Part shown: positions 1 through 13,635 of the stretch, piece after piece | Position numbering within the stretch: the stretch's first letter is position 1 | Layout: the number at the start of each line of letters is the position of its first letter | DNA from: Ptychomitrium polyphyllum | Lineage: Eukaryota | DNA: 64,000 nucleotides | Assembly: GCA_973851085.1 (NCBI GenBank) | Contig: OZ316776.1 | Location: 1,488,001-1,552,000, forward strand | Reading direction: 5' to 3' | The notes under the pieces: generated by a model | Told to the model about the DNA's origin: nothing | Database searches by the model: none | The model's input: only the letters and a program-made list of their open reading frames with translations | Made by a program: the position numbers and the translations under genes

Positions 1-75
1 ATGTTTTGCCTTAGGTTTCTAAGGGTTACCACTCTATGTAGCTGCTTCATCTTTTAAGTCTGTTGACATGACCAG

Positions 76-1115
76 GTATCAATCAAGCATGGCTTACGGA
101 CAGTCTAAACTAGCTAACATCTTACATGCGAAGGAGCTTGCAAAGCGTCTGAAGGTAACACCTGCCCTTAGAAAGTCTTAAGTATCCTGATTGACTCACG
201 GAGGTTTGGTGTGTAGTTCAATCCAAGTTAGGACATTTTACAGCTAACAAGTTTGCCTTGCCTATCCCGGATCTGCCAATCATTGATACCGAATCTGATG
301 TGATGATACAGGAAGAGGGAGCAAATGTGACAGCAAATGCACTTCATCCTGGTGTTATCTCCACAAATTTTGGAAAGGGGCAGAGCTTTTTGTTCAGTGG
401 TAAAGTCAATAATCGTTACATTATTGAAGGCCTAGTTGAGCATTCGCATGTCATGATTGTGAATCTTAAAATATTGGGTTTTTGTGAAGACGCCCGGACG
501 TAGCTTATTATCACTTCTAAAGCGGACATATATACGTCCGCGCGAGAGTTGATCTATTATTTCTTTATTTATATTATTCGTATTGCCCACGTAATAAGAT
601 CAGCTGGTATGTCTTCTTATATGGTAGCACTACTACAGATATTTTACATATTTAATCGGCTCTACTTGTACGTTTGTCTTTGCAGAGGCAGCCCTTTCTC
701 TTGTCAAGTTTGCTCTAAAAACGGTACCTCAGGTACAAGTCTACTACACTTTTGCAACTATAATTTGCTGGGGGTCGTGTCTGCTGCAGATTGAACACAT
801 TGCTCTCGTGTAAGGTTTATGTCTGTAGTTACTTTGGTAGCACTTAAGTGGTGACCTGTTTGAAGTGCTCGTGCGCCATGCTGTGGGAATTTGGTCGCCG
901 ACTGTTGTTATTTTTTTGAATATTAACAACGCATTCATGGACAACAGGGAGCTGCAACCACATGCTATCTTGCCACAAGTCCTCAGGTGAATGGGGTCTC
1001 TGGAAAATATTTCAAAGACTGCAATGGATATCCGCATGTGTCGTCGTGTGCCAATGATCCGGAGCTAGCAACAAAGTTGTGGGATTATAGTGAGGAATTC
1101 GTTTCAACACATTGA
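76..1115 (+). CDS. Short-chain dehydrogenase/reductase, Tic32/retinol-DH-like (3' part; 5' end lies outside the window)
   Basis: GT-AG exons 76-154, 312-399, 686-732 and 948-1115 give [40 protein letters not shown]...|[26 protein letters not shown]...[13 protein letters not shown]. Catalytic YxxxK is present. Confidence 0.92.
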
Positions 1116-1746
1116 GGAAGCCCTTTGGGGAACGAAATCATTAGAAACCGACAAGCGCCGTAGGAAAAACTGAATATTAGAGTTTAAAATGGAGTTTTTT
1201 GGGCGTGCACGATGATTATTCCGTAGCTGTTCATAGAATAAGTCGGTACAAGAGTTACAATTTGCTTAGCTTTGAAAACATCTTTGTAAAAATCGTAGCG
1301 CATTCTGAAGTGGTAAAATTTAGCAGTGCCTTAAGTTTGAAAGATAGTGTATAAACAAAACAGTTTTAATGAAGTTTTTCTGGATTTCTTGGAATTCTAT
1401 CCATTTGTGGATCATCAGACCGGGCACTGCATACTAGTTGGAGTTATGTGTACTGTAAACCATCACCCTTTTGAGTAAGTTTGGATGCTGAAACATACAC
1501 GAGCTTAGTTGGAATCTGTCTCGGTGTTTGTTATTTGAAATGTAAGTCCTCATTTACTTGCACACAGACTACTGATAACTCAGCTAGCAACATCAGTCAA
1601 ACGATGTGCAGAGTTATTTTTTGAACTAGCAGGGTGTCCTCCTGACAAGAGTTACCGATAGATTTCATCGAGTGACATGGCCTTTACACAGAACATTTTT
1701 GTGCATCAGTTCCTCCTATATGCCACACCTTCTGTATTAGAGGTAT

Positions 1747-2870
1747 TTATGCCTGTAATGCTGTTCTTCTAACCCTCAAACTTTGCTTACATAGCATTCC
1801 CAGAAACATTTTATTAATGCGCCGTGTCAACTCCGAGCAGTCTGCTTTGGAGCTCGTCATTTTAATCACACCGTACTTGATGTCTATCCATAGAGGCATC
1901 AGATTAAAATGTGAGCGATCAATATTAGCTGCGCTCAACAGCTCCAGAACAACCATCTTCTAGGGTTTGGTGAACAGGAAAAGTAAGGCGAGCCCCACGC
2001 GCTCCAACGATGATCGAGAATTCTCGGACTCCCTTCAAACTTCTCACTTAACGTCGTGTGGGCAAACAACCCCTCTACAACAGTGATGTTCCCATTCTCA
2101 TGGCCCAAGACTGAAGCGCTTCCAGTACTTGAAGTTCATTGCTAAGCTGACACTGGCTTTCCTGAATGCGGTGGATGTGCAAGGTAATCTTCTCTACTCA
2201 CAAACAAACTCTTAAGAACGAAGTCATCTTTAAGGAGTAAACTTTCGGGAGTTATGTTGGAAGGTGCAGTGCATAACTTGCCGAATTCACGCACCCGGGT
2301 GGCGGTAGGATGTTGACTTGGGTTATTTGGAATGTCCTCAGGGGCACAATCCCTGCAGTAAGAAAACCATAAACGCCTATGAAAATTGGTGAACTGTATC
2401 CCAGCGGTGAAAAATCAGGTAGTAGGACACTGGCCCTGTTAAATGTCTCGCGAAACAAACTCCACAAAACACTGCTTCATAAGCGTCGTCCATAGAAGAC
2501 TGCAGCACAATTGACATGTTCAAAATTAATGGTCTACAGTGATACTAAGTATGAAAATATGTATCATGAGAGCTGAGGTATATCCTGTGCTTCTCCGCAG
2601 ATAGACAAACAGTGCATGCTTCTGCCGGTTCCTCCAGACAACACAAATGCCACTACAACACAGAAAATGAGCTATGAAATGTCAATATTAATGCTGGAAT
2701 AATAAAGTGACGCCGTGTACAGTTAATACACACCTCGCAATGGCCGTCCACGGAAACCAGACGTGGGCGCTTCTCAAGGTTTGTTATTCGTGAAGTTATA
2801 AATGCACTGTACCAGTCAGCGGCAGGGAAAATATTTGCATTAATCAAAGCGTGTGATGACGACATTTGGT
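1747..2870 (-). pseudogene. Possible decayed BTB/POZ-BACK gene remnant
   Basis: Fragmented minus-strand peptides such as CQLSNELQVLEALQSWAM (near 2090-2160) and LELLSAANIDRSHFNLMPLW resemble BACK-domain motifs (SEeeVfeAvlrW; vRFpLm). Many stops and no intact ORF. Confidence 0.3.
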
Positions 2871-4338
2871 GTCGATACTCTCAGCGACATATCAAGGATA
2901 AACTCACAATTTCTTGCCAAGCTCACACTAAATCAAACAACCTTCATAAATTATCTTCGCTCTGAATATGGGAAAACACGAGCTCCGTACAGAGGTTATA
3001 CAAGAATTTTAATTCTGTTAAGGTATCCAGTGCATGATAAGACTAAAGAAGAATCTGTTGTAGGAGTAGCAACAGCTCCACTTCTCTTTTGATCCGAAGC
3101 TAAATACGCCGCGACATCTCTCAAACCTTCTTGACTGCTAAACAGTGTGCCAACTCCTTGCTAGTTCAAAATTCATGCATTGCCAGTAACTTGTATGAGG
3201 CCGGCCATCTGTATCACTGCCATCGACAGCATTCTATACATCTGTTAGACAATATCTCCGCTGTCAATGGGAAGCAGACTCATAATGCCAGCTACGAGTA
3301 TTATGCCCTTGTTATTACTCTACAGTGACAAAAACGGAATGTAACCCTACCTGCTGTCAATGTCGACAGCATCATTCGCTAAGACATGGGTTACATGACC
3401 CACTCCAAACTAACCAACCTTGTTCCCATAGTTTCCCCAGAATCACGGTTAGATACCCCAGTGAAGATTTGGTCGCATCTCCAAAGTCTAGGAATACCGA
3501 TATTATGTGTACGCATCCTGAATCCGATGAAGGATCAGAGCTTTCGAGTCTTCTACACATTTGTTTCTCCCCAAGAATCTCGAGTAATATCTAGTTGACG
3601 TTTGCAGTAACTTATCAAACTCATAGCCCTTCCAGTACGGTGGCAATAAGGCATGTTATTAATGAAGAATAGTATATAGAATGTCGTACTGTATAGTGTA
3701 CGTTCTTGATTTGAAGCTCCAGTTAATTTCCGCGTCACTCGGTATGATATCCACCTTTCCTCCCTAATTCCTTACCAGACACACAAAGGTAAGGATACCT
3801 GCATGTACTGTATAGTGTACTCTCAAACCAAAATGCACCCTTGTACGCCATATCCCACAGCAAAGGACGGTGGCAAGATCAAACCATATTCTCTCCTAGA
3901 AATGCCTTGAATTGCATGTTCCAAATCCTCACACAAATCGCAAAGCGAGGGCGGTAGCCCTAAAAGCATTAACAGATGATATAAATCGCCTCCACGAGGC
4001 CTCAATGCAATTACAAAAAAATCTGCTTCCGAATGCTGCCTGTAATTTAATGAGATCGCTTTGATACTCCAATCTATGGCGAAAACCATGAACATCCTCA
4101 ACAACTACATTTACAATGGTCCAGCAAGCAGGGCCCACTCCGAATCTTCCTTGCTCGAGCCTCCAACATCCATGTCCGAAGATTTCAGAAGTTGAATCTT
4201 CAGCTGAAAAGGTCAGAAGAGATTTCAGCCAACCCAGCATGCACAATTCAAAACTCCTGTATTATGAAGCTTTTGAGGTTCTGATATAAATCCTACTGAA
4301 CAAGTCCTCACTAACCAGAGGTCATATTCCACAACAAC

Positions 4339-7010
4339 TTACATGAGAATGCGAAGGAGACCAAGCCCAACAGCCGTAACAGAGACAATAGTACCTGCAT
4401 GCAGCAATTCATGTTAATGATCGTCACTCACATGAACTCTTGATAAAAGAAAACTAAAAGTACCATGATTCAATAATTGCTAAATCCTCTCAATAATCCT
4501 TGCAACAATCCTCATGTTTACATGACATCTAAAATCTCATTACCATAATTAAAGGCCTAGTATGTAGCTGTTCAACCAAACTTTATATAGAGATATAAGT
4601 ACTGAGAATAGTAAACGAAAAAGCAGTACCAATGCAGTACTTGATTACATCGTACTTGGCTGCTTCAAGTTGTGTTTTCAATGTATGTATTTCCTGCTCA
4701 TCATAACGCATATAACATATTAGTATAGAAGATTTGACAATTCATCATTCGAAAATACTGGTGTAGGCAAGGCAATCGAAAATCTATCATACACGTCGTC
4801 AAGGTAAAGCAGCTCAATGAAAGGTAAAAAAGAACTAAGGGCAGGTAAATGGTAGACTTTTGTCTAACTAACCCTGTCTAACTTGTTAGTGAGGTTGGAA
4901 GTCTCACTGCTCTGCGTGGCCAGCTCCTCTCGGATGCGCCTGAAGAGACACATCAATTTATCTTACGGATCCATATATTCCCAGACTAATACAGATTTAT
5001 ACATCCAAGCCAGAGATTTGGTGTGAAACATTCATTTACCCACATGCTCAGAACAGTTGGTGCAGAATTAGAAGAAGGAAGAAGTGGTACTCCTTAGACA
5101 GAGAATCTCCACAATGTAAGCAGGAGCTCACCCTCTTTCTAGGTTCAAATCCAAGCGTTGGCCTGCTGTTACTTTGTCGATCTCATATCTGCGACAACCA
5201 ACATTGATCATTCAATATTGAGACACAGGCAATTACATCACTACAAGTTAGAAAAATAATTTCCAAACACAATTCAAGCAAGTCTGAAGCAGGAAATAGC
5301 GACAAATCAATTGCAAGGTTCACCTAAGTTCACTTCGCATTTTGTCAATATCAGTTCGAAGTCTTTCTGTCTCCCGCTGCAAAGTTGCGAAGTGATTCTC
5401 CTATAAACAAGAAAAAGTACGTGAGTGTCCATTATGTTCTCACAGGGTCAAACAACTTCATGAGGGTCCATGTAAGTAAATCAACAAGCCTTCGTTTCAT
5501 AAAAGAAACCCATATACAGGACTACCGTTACAAATTTGTTCTTGATACAATTATTACAAGACACAATGTGCAATCACCTAGACTGGTGACAAGATTTTGT
5601 TTAAGTAAAAAAGAAAACTACCTGTGAGCTTTGCACTTCACCTTTAAACTTGGACAATGCTGCTTCGGCCATCATCTCACTCTACAACAGGACACCAAGA
5701 TGGGCCCATTTAACAACGAGAGCCAATTACTCTGTAACAGATTTCCAGCTGAAAGTGGCATAATATTGACATCTTGTGCAAGAATGCAACGCATACGAAC
5801 TCAATCAGAGCAAGCTCTAGCTTACATCCCGCAGTACCAAGTTAAATACTCAGATGCATGCCAAAACCTCCAACTAAGATGCGTAGTCCGAGACTTTCGG
5901 ACACAAATAGATTGGCAAATAGTCATACTCTTGTCATCTCCGTTTTCGAAGTAAATGATTGAGCCACATTCTCCAAGCTGTCATTAAGCACTTCGGTGAT
6001 AACTGCTGTAATCGCCTCCGCCTGCTTAGGCGTCAATCCTTGAGCTTCTAACCTCCGAACCTGAGAAAACATTTAATGGACCGGATCTCAGGCATGTAAT
6101 ACCCTTCTGGTTCCAGAACAACTATATACAGTCACAATTGATTCCTCTTCAACGCGCAATACCAACAAAGTCTGTTGGGATACACCTGAATTGGTCCTTC
6201 TAATAGAAATATTGATGTTCACGCCAGTATGGAACAAAGATGTCAACAGATAAGTCAACTATATCAAGTACGATGCCGACAGTGCTCAAACCCATAGAAG
6301 GTACTTGTCGAACTTTAAAAGCCGAAACAAACTCAATGAGATGTCACTTGAAGGCAAAAATGATAAGTGTGTCACATCAGGAGAAATCTGAAGATTGTGG
6401 CTCCTTCTACATTCAAGATACTAGGAGACTTAAAGGGCTGATCCGCAAAAACAGTGAGTCTAGGGTAACTCAACGGATACAAACTGCACCATTGACGATT
6501 CGAAGATTTTATAAATTACGAAATCACAGGTAATCCTGTCCTAACCAGGTATAATAAGGCCTAAATTCCACTTCAACTTGAAAAATGCTGATCATGCTGC
6601 TTTGCTCCCAATGTAGAGGCTCTTACAAACGAGAAAACACTTGGGAAATCACGCGATGAAAATTGAGAAATTACCAGCGCCAGAGTATCAACGAGAAAGG
6701 CTCTTTTGCTATTTGTCGGCGCTACAAGCTGCGAGATGTTGCGCATGTAATATCCCCTCACTGCTGCGTAATTCCACGCCTTCAAGGAAGTAAATCCGTA
6801 CGAATATACTATACAGGGCCTGCGATCTTGCAGAGATGGCCGATCGTGAGGCAGCAGTGGCGCAGCCACTGGAACGCTAAATCTCACATCCGAATTGATC
6901 AACTCCGTAGAAATGCCGCCCTGGCGAGAAGCCACAACCAACTGCAGCGCCTGCAACGGCACGCCCTGATGCTGCTGCACGGCCCTCCGTGCCACACCAG
7001 AAGTTGCCAT
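4339..7010 (-). CDS. DUF1640 coiled-coil protein (FMP32/CCDC90/MCUR1-like), probably mitochondrial
   Basis: Eight phase-consistent exons: 7010-6675, 6060-5929, 5681-5622, 5400-5324, 5188-5132, 4939-4873, 4693-4630, 4394-4339. Peptides include RAFLVDTLAL|VRRLEAQGLTPKQAEAIT, YEIDKVTAGQRLDLNLERG and AAKYDVIKYCIG, followed by a C-terminal TM. The N-terminus is Arg-rich and presequence-like. Confidence 0.93.
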
Positions 7011-7139
7011 CCCGTCCGCCCGCCCTCTTCCCCAATCCAACCCTCCCTATACTCAACTCAACCCCGAAGCGGCATCCAAACACGTCAAACCCGAAACTCT
7101 TCTAAAATCGCATCATTCGTCCTGGATTCCAAACGCCTG

Positions 7140-7166
7140 CCCTCCCCTCCCCTCCCCTCCCCTCCC
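7140..7166 (+). repeat. (CCCCT)n microsatellite upstream of the DUF1640 ATG
   Basis: About five pentamer units read directly. Confidence 0.85.
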
Positions 7167-7480
7167 TTCCGGAACCAAAACACTCCAATACCCTCCAATC
7201 CAGCGATACACATTCAAGTCCACCGAACTATCCACAATGTCACGCCGCTAGCCATATCCTCTCCATCCCTCGATCGCAATCCACACGATTCGTCGACTCC
7301 CAGTGCGTCATTAGGAGCGGCTCCGATCTATACCTGCAGTGCAGTCTGCGCCATCAAGTGCGCGCAGGGCCGTGGCAGCATTGGCCTGGCGAGAGCGGAT
7401 GGTGAGAGAGACGAGGGTTAGTGGAGCGAGGGTAGTCATTGCATGGAGAGCATGCTAGGCAGAGCATCCACACTCCCCGC

Positions 7481-7652
7481 GTGAGCGTGAGCGTGAGGGC
7501 GAGAGTGAGAGGGTGAGAGTGAGAGTGGGAGTGAGAGTGAGAGTGGGAGTGAGAGTGAGAGTGGGAGTGAGAGTAAGAGTGGGAGTGAGAGTGGGAGTGA
7601 GAGTGGGAGTGGGAGTGAGAGTGGGAGTGGGAGTGAGAGTGGGAGTGAGAGA
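7481..7652 (+). repeat. Compound hexamer microsatellite (GTGAGA/GTGGGA)n
   Basis: About 170 bp of GTGAGC, GTGAGA and GTGGGA units. This is the source of the spurious SH/LT/RV repeat ORFs. Confidence 0.95.
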
Positions 7653-7949
7653 GCACTCTGCCCTCGCCGTGACGGGCCGTCCTGCAGAATCACACCCCGC
7701 TTCGTGCCTGATCGGGGCGCGGCGGAGCACGGGGCCCGTTATTGTGTGCGCTTCCGTTCCCGCTTCATACGACCCGGGCTCGGATCCCGGGGCGGGGAAA
7801 GGGGTTCGGCTCGGTCCGATAGAAACCCGGGCCCAGCCACCCTTTCCTTCCTCGGTTCCCATTCCATCTCTCTGCTCTCGTGGCACTCAACGTGAGCGAA
7901 GGAAGCCATTCAAAACATTCAAAACAATTCGTTGCTGATAGGATCAAAA

Positions 7950-9650
7950 CAATCATTAATATGAAGATAATTTGTAATGATATATAAGTGTACAAGTGTA
8001 TAACTCTAATACATTGTTTTTCAGATGTAGATATTTGTTGATTGTTTTAAAATTTAGTATTTTGGCATTCTTGATATTGCTAATAATGAAATAATAACAA
8101 CATACATATTGTTATCATATTTATCAGATTTAACTAAAATATCAACTTAAAAGAAGAAAGTCCCTCAAAACAGACTTCATTTTGAAGTAGAATCAAAAAA
8201 AGCTTACTATGTGTTTAATTGTGAGACAATTTAGGATAAAGTCTTATCATTTTTTGCCATACTTCTCTATATATCTTTTATAAAAAAAAAAGGTAACTCA
8301 ATTTCACTTTCATGGTTGGAAAATCAATAGTAAACAACAATAATGGCATGTCGCAATGAATTGAACTTAGCATCTAAATTTCATCAATCTTCATGACAAA
8401 TAAGGTTTTGACAATGGGACTGAAACTTTGAATGATGAAATGATTCTTTTGATTAAATTGGCATTTATGGGAATGACTAAAGAATATTATATTTGATAAA
8501 AGCTCTATGTCCATAATCTTCAAATTGATGATACTTTAATCATTTGTGATAAGATACAACAACATCTAGGACATAATGAGAGAAATGTTAGAATAAAGAC
8601 AAAATTAGAGGAAAAAGTCAAAAGAAATTTGAACAATTTTATTGTTCTTATAAAGGTTTAAAATAGAATCATTATTCCATAGTATCAATTTTTTCTATTT
8701 ATAAAAATAGATTAATTTATATACTTTTTAAAATTTCATAAATTTTTTAATAGTTTTCTTTCATATTATTTATATATATTTTCAACCTTTTGGACTTTTG
8801 AAAAAATTAAACTATGCTAAGATGGTAAAGGTTGTGCAGTCTATCTTAAGACTTCTAAATATTCCAATCATTCTAACAACACATTACAATTTAATCTCCA
8901 TTACACAATTTTTAAAAAATCTCTATTATAATAACTATTGGTTAATAATTTACAAGATTTTAAAATTGATTATCATTACATATCATGGAACTATAATTAT
9001 CCAAAATTTTGAATTTGTTTGTATAAGCTAATAACTTTTGTACTCAATTATATATATGCTTATAAAAGTATGTAAGTTTTATAATGGAGGTTTTGTGAAA
9101 AACATTAGTAATAATAAGTATTGTATGAAAAGTGAAAAATAGGTAGTAATATCAACATCTTAATATCATTGATATTAAAATGACATATCATAATATGCTA
9201 AGAGTTATTAAGATTGATAGTAATAAACAAGAAGGTTTGATATTAATATTGTGACAAAATATATCCTTACATTCTAATAAATAAGTTATTATTTTTTTAC
9301 ATTCTACTATATTTATTATTAAAGTTTACTACAAGTTTGTATTACAAGTTTTATTATTAGATATATATTTGAAAATAATATCCATGTGCTAGAAGCAAAT
9401 TTATGAAATGTTTAAAGGAGTATTTTTACATATAAGGTCCTTAAGTCCATAAGCTAAGAATGATATGATTTTCTTTTATAGTTTGGCCTAAATTATCAAT
9501 AGCTTGAATGTTAAAACAAAAGTACATATTCCATCTTTTACATTATGATAATGATATTGAATCCCTAAGTGTTCATATGGACTAAAGTGTCTACTTTCGT
9601 ATTTTGTTAGATCTCAATTAATCACTTGGAACTTCTGAAAAGGAGTCATA
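7950..9650. other. Very AT-rich intergenic tract, probably old transposon debris
   Basis: Abrupt drop in GC and no credible ORF. Family not identifiable. Confidence 0.35.
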
Positions 9651-12600
9651 TTGTATATCAATGGAAAGAAGAAAATTTGTAACTAGGTGGTTTAGCTCTA
9701 CATACAGTTCATCGTTTTTGGTAGGAAACTTTCAAAATGCTGTTTTGATTCTTTCCTTGGACTCTAAGTGGTTAAGTTACCAAAGTTGCTCCGTTCAAAA
9801 AACATTGTACCTGGAATTTGGACAGTTGTAAGGTAACAGTCAAGCATGCCAGAAACAAGGAACATGTTTTCTGCAACAGAGTAAGTGAGAGTGAGTGACT
9901 TCTCCATCAAATGCCTTGCTTTCATTCCAATATAGTGTGATGTTTTTGCAGCATAACTGAATTCATGTGGGTCTGTGTCATTACAGAAACAATGTGTTGC
10001 CACATTCTGCAAATAGGGAGCATATGTGAAGGGGAATACGACCGCACCAGGGTACCACACATTTATACTCAGATCATCACCCAATATTTAAATGCATCTA
10101 TTCCATATCGTTTGTAGGAGAGCATGAATTAGGCTTTATACCTTGTTGCAGGCACTGCATCGTCTCACAAGAAGAAATGATTGTTTGCAATTGGTCAAAG
10201 TTGTACTATCTGAAAGTAGTCCTTAGAAAATTTGTGTGGCTCACCTTTACCTGCAGTTCATTTCTTTTCTGTAAACATTGCATTCCTCATGATGACTTAA
10301 AGACTTCCCATCACAAGGATTATCTGAGTGCATGGATTTTCCTTAGATTTATACTTGATTTCATATATATACTACATCAAACAAAAAAGTTGTATGATTT
10401 TTCCCTGGATGGGCCACCACACTCTTCCCCCACCCTTCAGAGTATTCAGCTCTGTGATAGTGTGCCACTGTGCTGATGTCATAGCCTTATTGTGTCTCCT
10501 TAGGTTCATATGGAGGCACTCAACCTCGTCACAGTCCCCACCCAACCCCACTTTCAATGAATATAATATCCCAGACACAATCTATCACAACCCCTCACCA
10601 AAGTCATAATTCTCAAACTCAAAAGCATGACATAATCTCCAAATATCACCAAAAGAGTAACATGATCTTCATATATCTGTCCCCTCTCAGCCTTATACAA
10701 ACAGCCTCCTCTTTCATGTAGACCCTGACCCCTTGAAGGCTTGGAGTTCTTCTTTATCAAAATGGCTATAAAAGGCACTTTCCACTGTTCCGGGCTGTCA
10801 CAGCAATTCTGAGGCACTCCAATTACTGAAATAATTTTGTGCTAATAATAGCCAATTTACATAAGGATTTTGCACTACTTAATTCTAACGAAGAAAATAA
10901 ATGAGCAAACTATCCCCAAGTTTTCTTTCTCAAACTTGATTATACTCTCATCTACACTTGATCATTATAAAGTTAGCCCCAAGTTCAGGATAGATAAAGT
11001 GATTATCATTGTAAAATGCTGATTACAATCATGGTTATGCACCTTGCATCAAACTGATTATCTGTTTGTAGAGAAGATATGTTTACAACCAACTTGGAAA
11101 AAATGTAGCAAATTGATATGTTGGAATTAAAATTTTTAAATTACATTGTTTGCAATGCACTTCAAGCTCAACTTCTAAGTTCCTAGGTCTACATACATAG
11201 CCATGACAAATGGGGCTGCATTTCATCAACCGTTTCGATCTCCTTTCTTCCAAGCTAATTTGTAAAAAAAAACGGCTTCATTAATGTGAAAAAGCACAGA
11301 GAGATTTAAACACTATTAGAACGCCATTGAAGGAACCATGTTTGGAAGAGCCAAATGATCACCCTCCAACTAATTGATCTTGTTTTGATCAGTTCAATGC
11401 ACACAATATTCACACTGCTTCCTTAGCATTTTGTCAAGAATGATGCAGCAGCTGGCAATTGATTTGGAGAATGAGAAATGAACCGGATATATGCATGAGC
11501 TCATTATTTGACACTTTGAGAGAGAAATCTCAAAGTTGGTGATCTTTGTGGACTGATGGTCTAAAGGTTGCATGAATTTGTGGTTCAACATGGATCCGAC
11601 ACTCCACATTTAGGGATAAAAACAAAAGTTGTTTTCTTAAATTGTTCAAGTTTGGAGCATAATTTGATACACTGCTCCTTCATATGAAGAGCCATTATGG
11701 TGCCAATGACTGTTCAGTGAAAACCACAATAAAGAAATGAATCCTTGTTTGAGTCAAACCGGAAAAATACAAATTAGCTTTTAAAGCAACACAAACTCGG
11801 CATCTAATGGTTTCACCGAGGTGTAACTTATGAGTTCACTACCACGCTCCTATAGTTGGTTTTGAAATCTGACAGCTAAAACTGAGTCAGATTACCGCAC
11901 AAAGATCATGATTTGGCTCATCCAGGAATTAATAAAAATTCCTCGACTTACCTCATATATTTCCAAGATATTACCTTTACCATGGTGAATTCGACGCTGG
12001 TGCCGAACAACAAAGTACGGTCCGGATAGCTGAAGGAGGTACGTAGCTGAAAAGCAGCCACAAAAGGTGCTCTGTACCCTTCAATCTGTTGGGTGGAAGC
12101 CCTGCGTCATGTCCACCTTTCCTTTTCCACTTTGTAACGCAAGAAAATTCCTCATACCTTTTCCTTTTTCGATGGCTCGAAAGTCCCCCGCTGGAATTCT
12201 AGAGCGCTGGGCAGCGCAGGTGGCCCCGTGCTACGAACGTCGCGACTCGCTGCGACTTGTGCAGGTGAATCGATCCCTCCTTTACGCAAGGCAGTTCGCC
12301 CCCGATCTACGACACTGCTAGATCTCTCTCCAGGGCCGGTTCAGTACCAAGGCCGTAGAGCCGTATTGCGAGCTTCACGTGCGTAGGCGGGACTCAGAAT
12401 CAAAGCTGCTGAGTGCGTGTGCTTACGTCTAGATCTGTTCACATGATCATATTCTCCGCTGTGCAACTTCTGCTCCGTTTTTTCCGTCCTTTCAACTTTT
12501 TCTTCGGTCCTACCATTATCCCAGATTTGGTTCTTGAGGAACAGGCAAAAGCTCTCTAAATGGCTGAGATCTTGGAACTCCTTAGATCCGAGTTCCGCTG

Positions 12601-13431
12601 TGATTGACACTACTTCTGATCTGCCCTCCTTTGTATCAAATCCGGGGCACTGTTGCACGGGTTCTTGTAGGTTTCCACAAGCACACCTTCGCTCAGCCGC
12701 TCCGTAATGGTCTTTTATGGTGCATACAGTTTCAAAGGCTCACTGCCCAGGTTTGGTACAGTGTTACCTGGACAGGAATAATCTCAGAAGTAGGAGCAGG
12801 AAGCATCAGTCGTCGGCACTGGAGTTGAGGTTACTGGTGTGAAATTTAGCACTTGCTTACACTATCTTCTGGAAGGAGATAATATCCGTTGCATTTGTAG
12901 AAGGATTCTGGTGCAGCAAAAACGTCACCGCTTGCGGGAAGTGTAGCGAACGTGGTGGAGTGGAGTTGACTGTAATGGATTCTTAAACGAGTTCAATCTT
13001 GGAGCAAACTCAACCTTGAAGCGGAGTATCTGGGGCTAGGCTTGCAAGAGCTAGTCGGTGATGACAATGTAACCAGGTGGGTCAAAGCTCTTGTCCGACG
13101 TTTCTCGAACTCTCGCAGGATTCGAGAATAATATAATCTCGAGAAGGATTCTTGAGCCTGAAGTTATGTGTTGTTAAGGTTCCTTGCTTTTGTAACGAGG
13201 TAGGGGCGCGGAGGTTAGGGGTTTACATCGTTACGTTCAGGGATTGGCCGCGAACTTGATCTGGAGAGTATGGGATAACGAATGTCCAGGAACAACAATG
13301 CGCAGCCGGTGCGGTGTTTTCGGTGTTTTCAGCGCATTTTTGGTTCGTCATGCCGGTGCTTTCGTGAGGTTTGGAAGTCATCATCGATTTTGCACTAGAG
13401 TGGGCTAAGCATGTATTTTGGTGAAGGTGTT

Positions 13432-13635
13432 AACCTTTTGAACTGCTGCTGAATTCATAGGCAGGCACGAGACAACCTGGTGAACTGAAACATCTTAGTA
13501 CCCAGAGGAAAAGAAAGCAAAAGCGATTCCCATAGTAGCGGCTAGCGAAATGGGAATAGCCTAAATTGTGAAAACGGGGTTGTGGGGGAGCACAATAAGC
13601 TTTGTGTTGCTCGGTGAAGCAGTTGAATCCTGTAC
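13432..13635 (+). pseudogene. rrn23: NUPT: nuclear copy of a fragment of plastid 23S rRNA (5' domain)
   Basis: GAACTGCTGCTGAAT...GAACTGAAACATCTTAGTA.CCAGAGGAAAAGAAAGCAAAAGCGATTCCC.TAGTAGCGGC.AGCGAAATGGGA...GTGAAAACGGGGTTGTGGG matches the chloroplast 23S rRNA sequence as I recall it, with scattered substitutions. Confidence 0.92.

Noticed and set aside
6663..7421. 252-aa plus-strand ORF
   Set aside because: Antisense to DUF1640 exon 1 and its GC-rich leader, with no recognisable domain.
7770..7835. GC-rich hairpin-like stretch as a tRNA or ncRNA
   Set aside because: No cloverleaf and no A/B boxes.
7354..7938. ORFs with SHSH, LTPT and RVGV repeats
   Set aside because: These are translations of the hexamer microsatellite.
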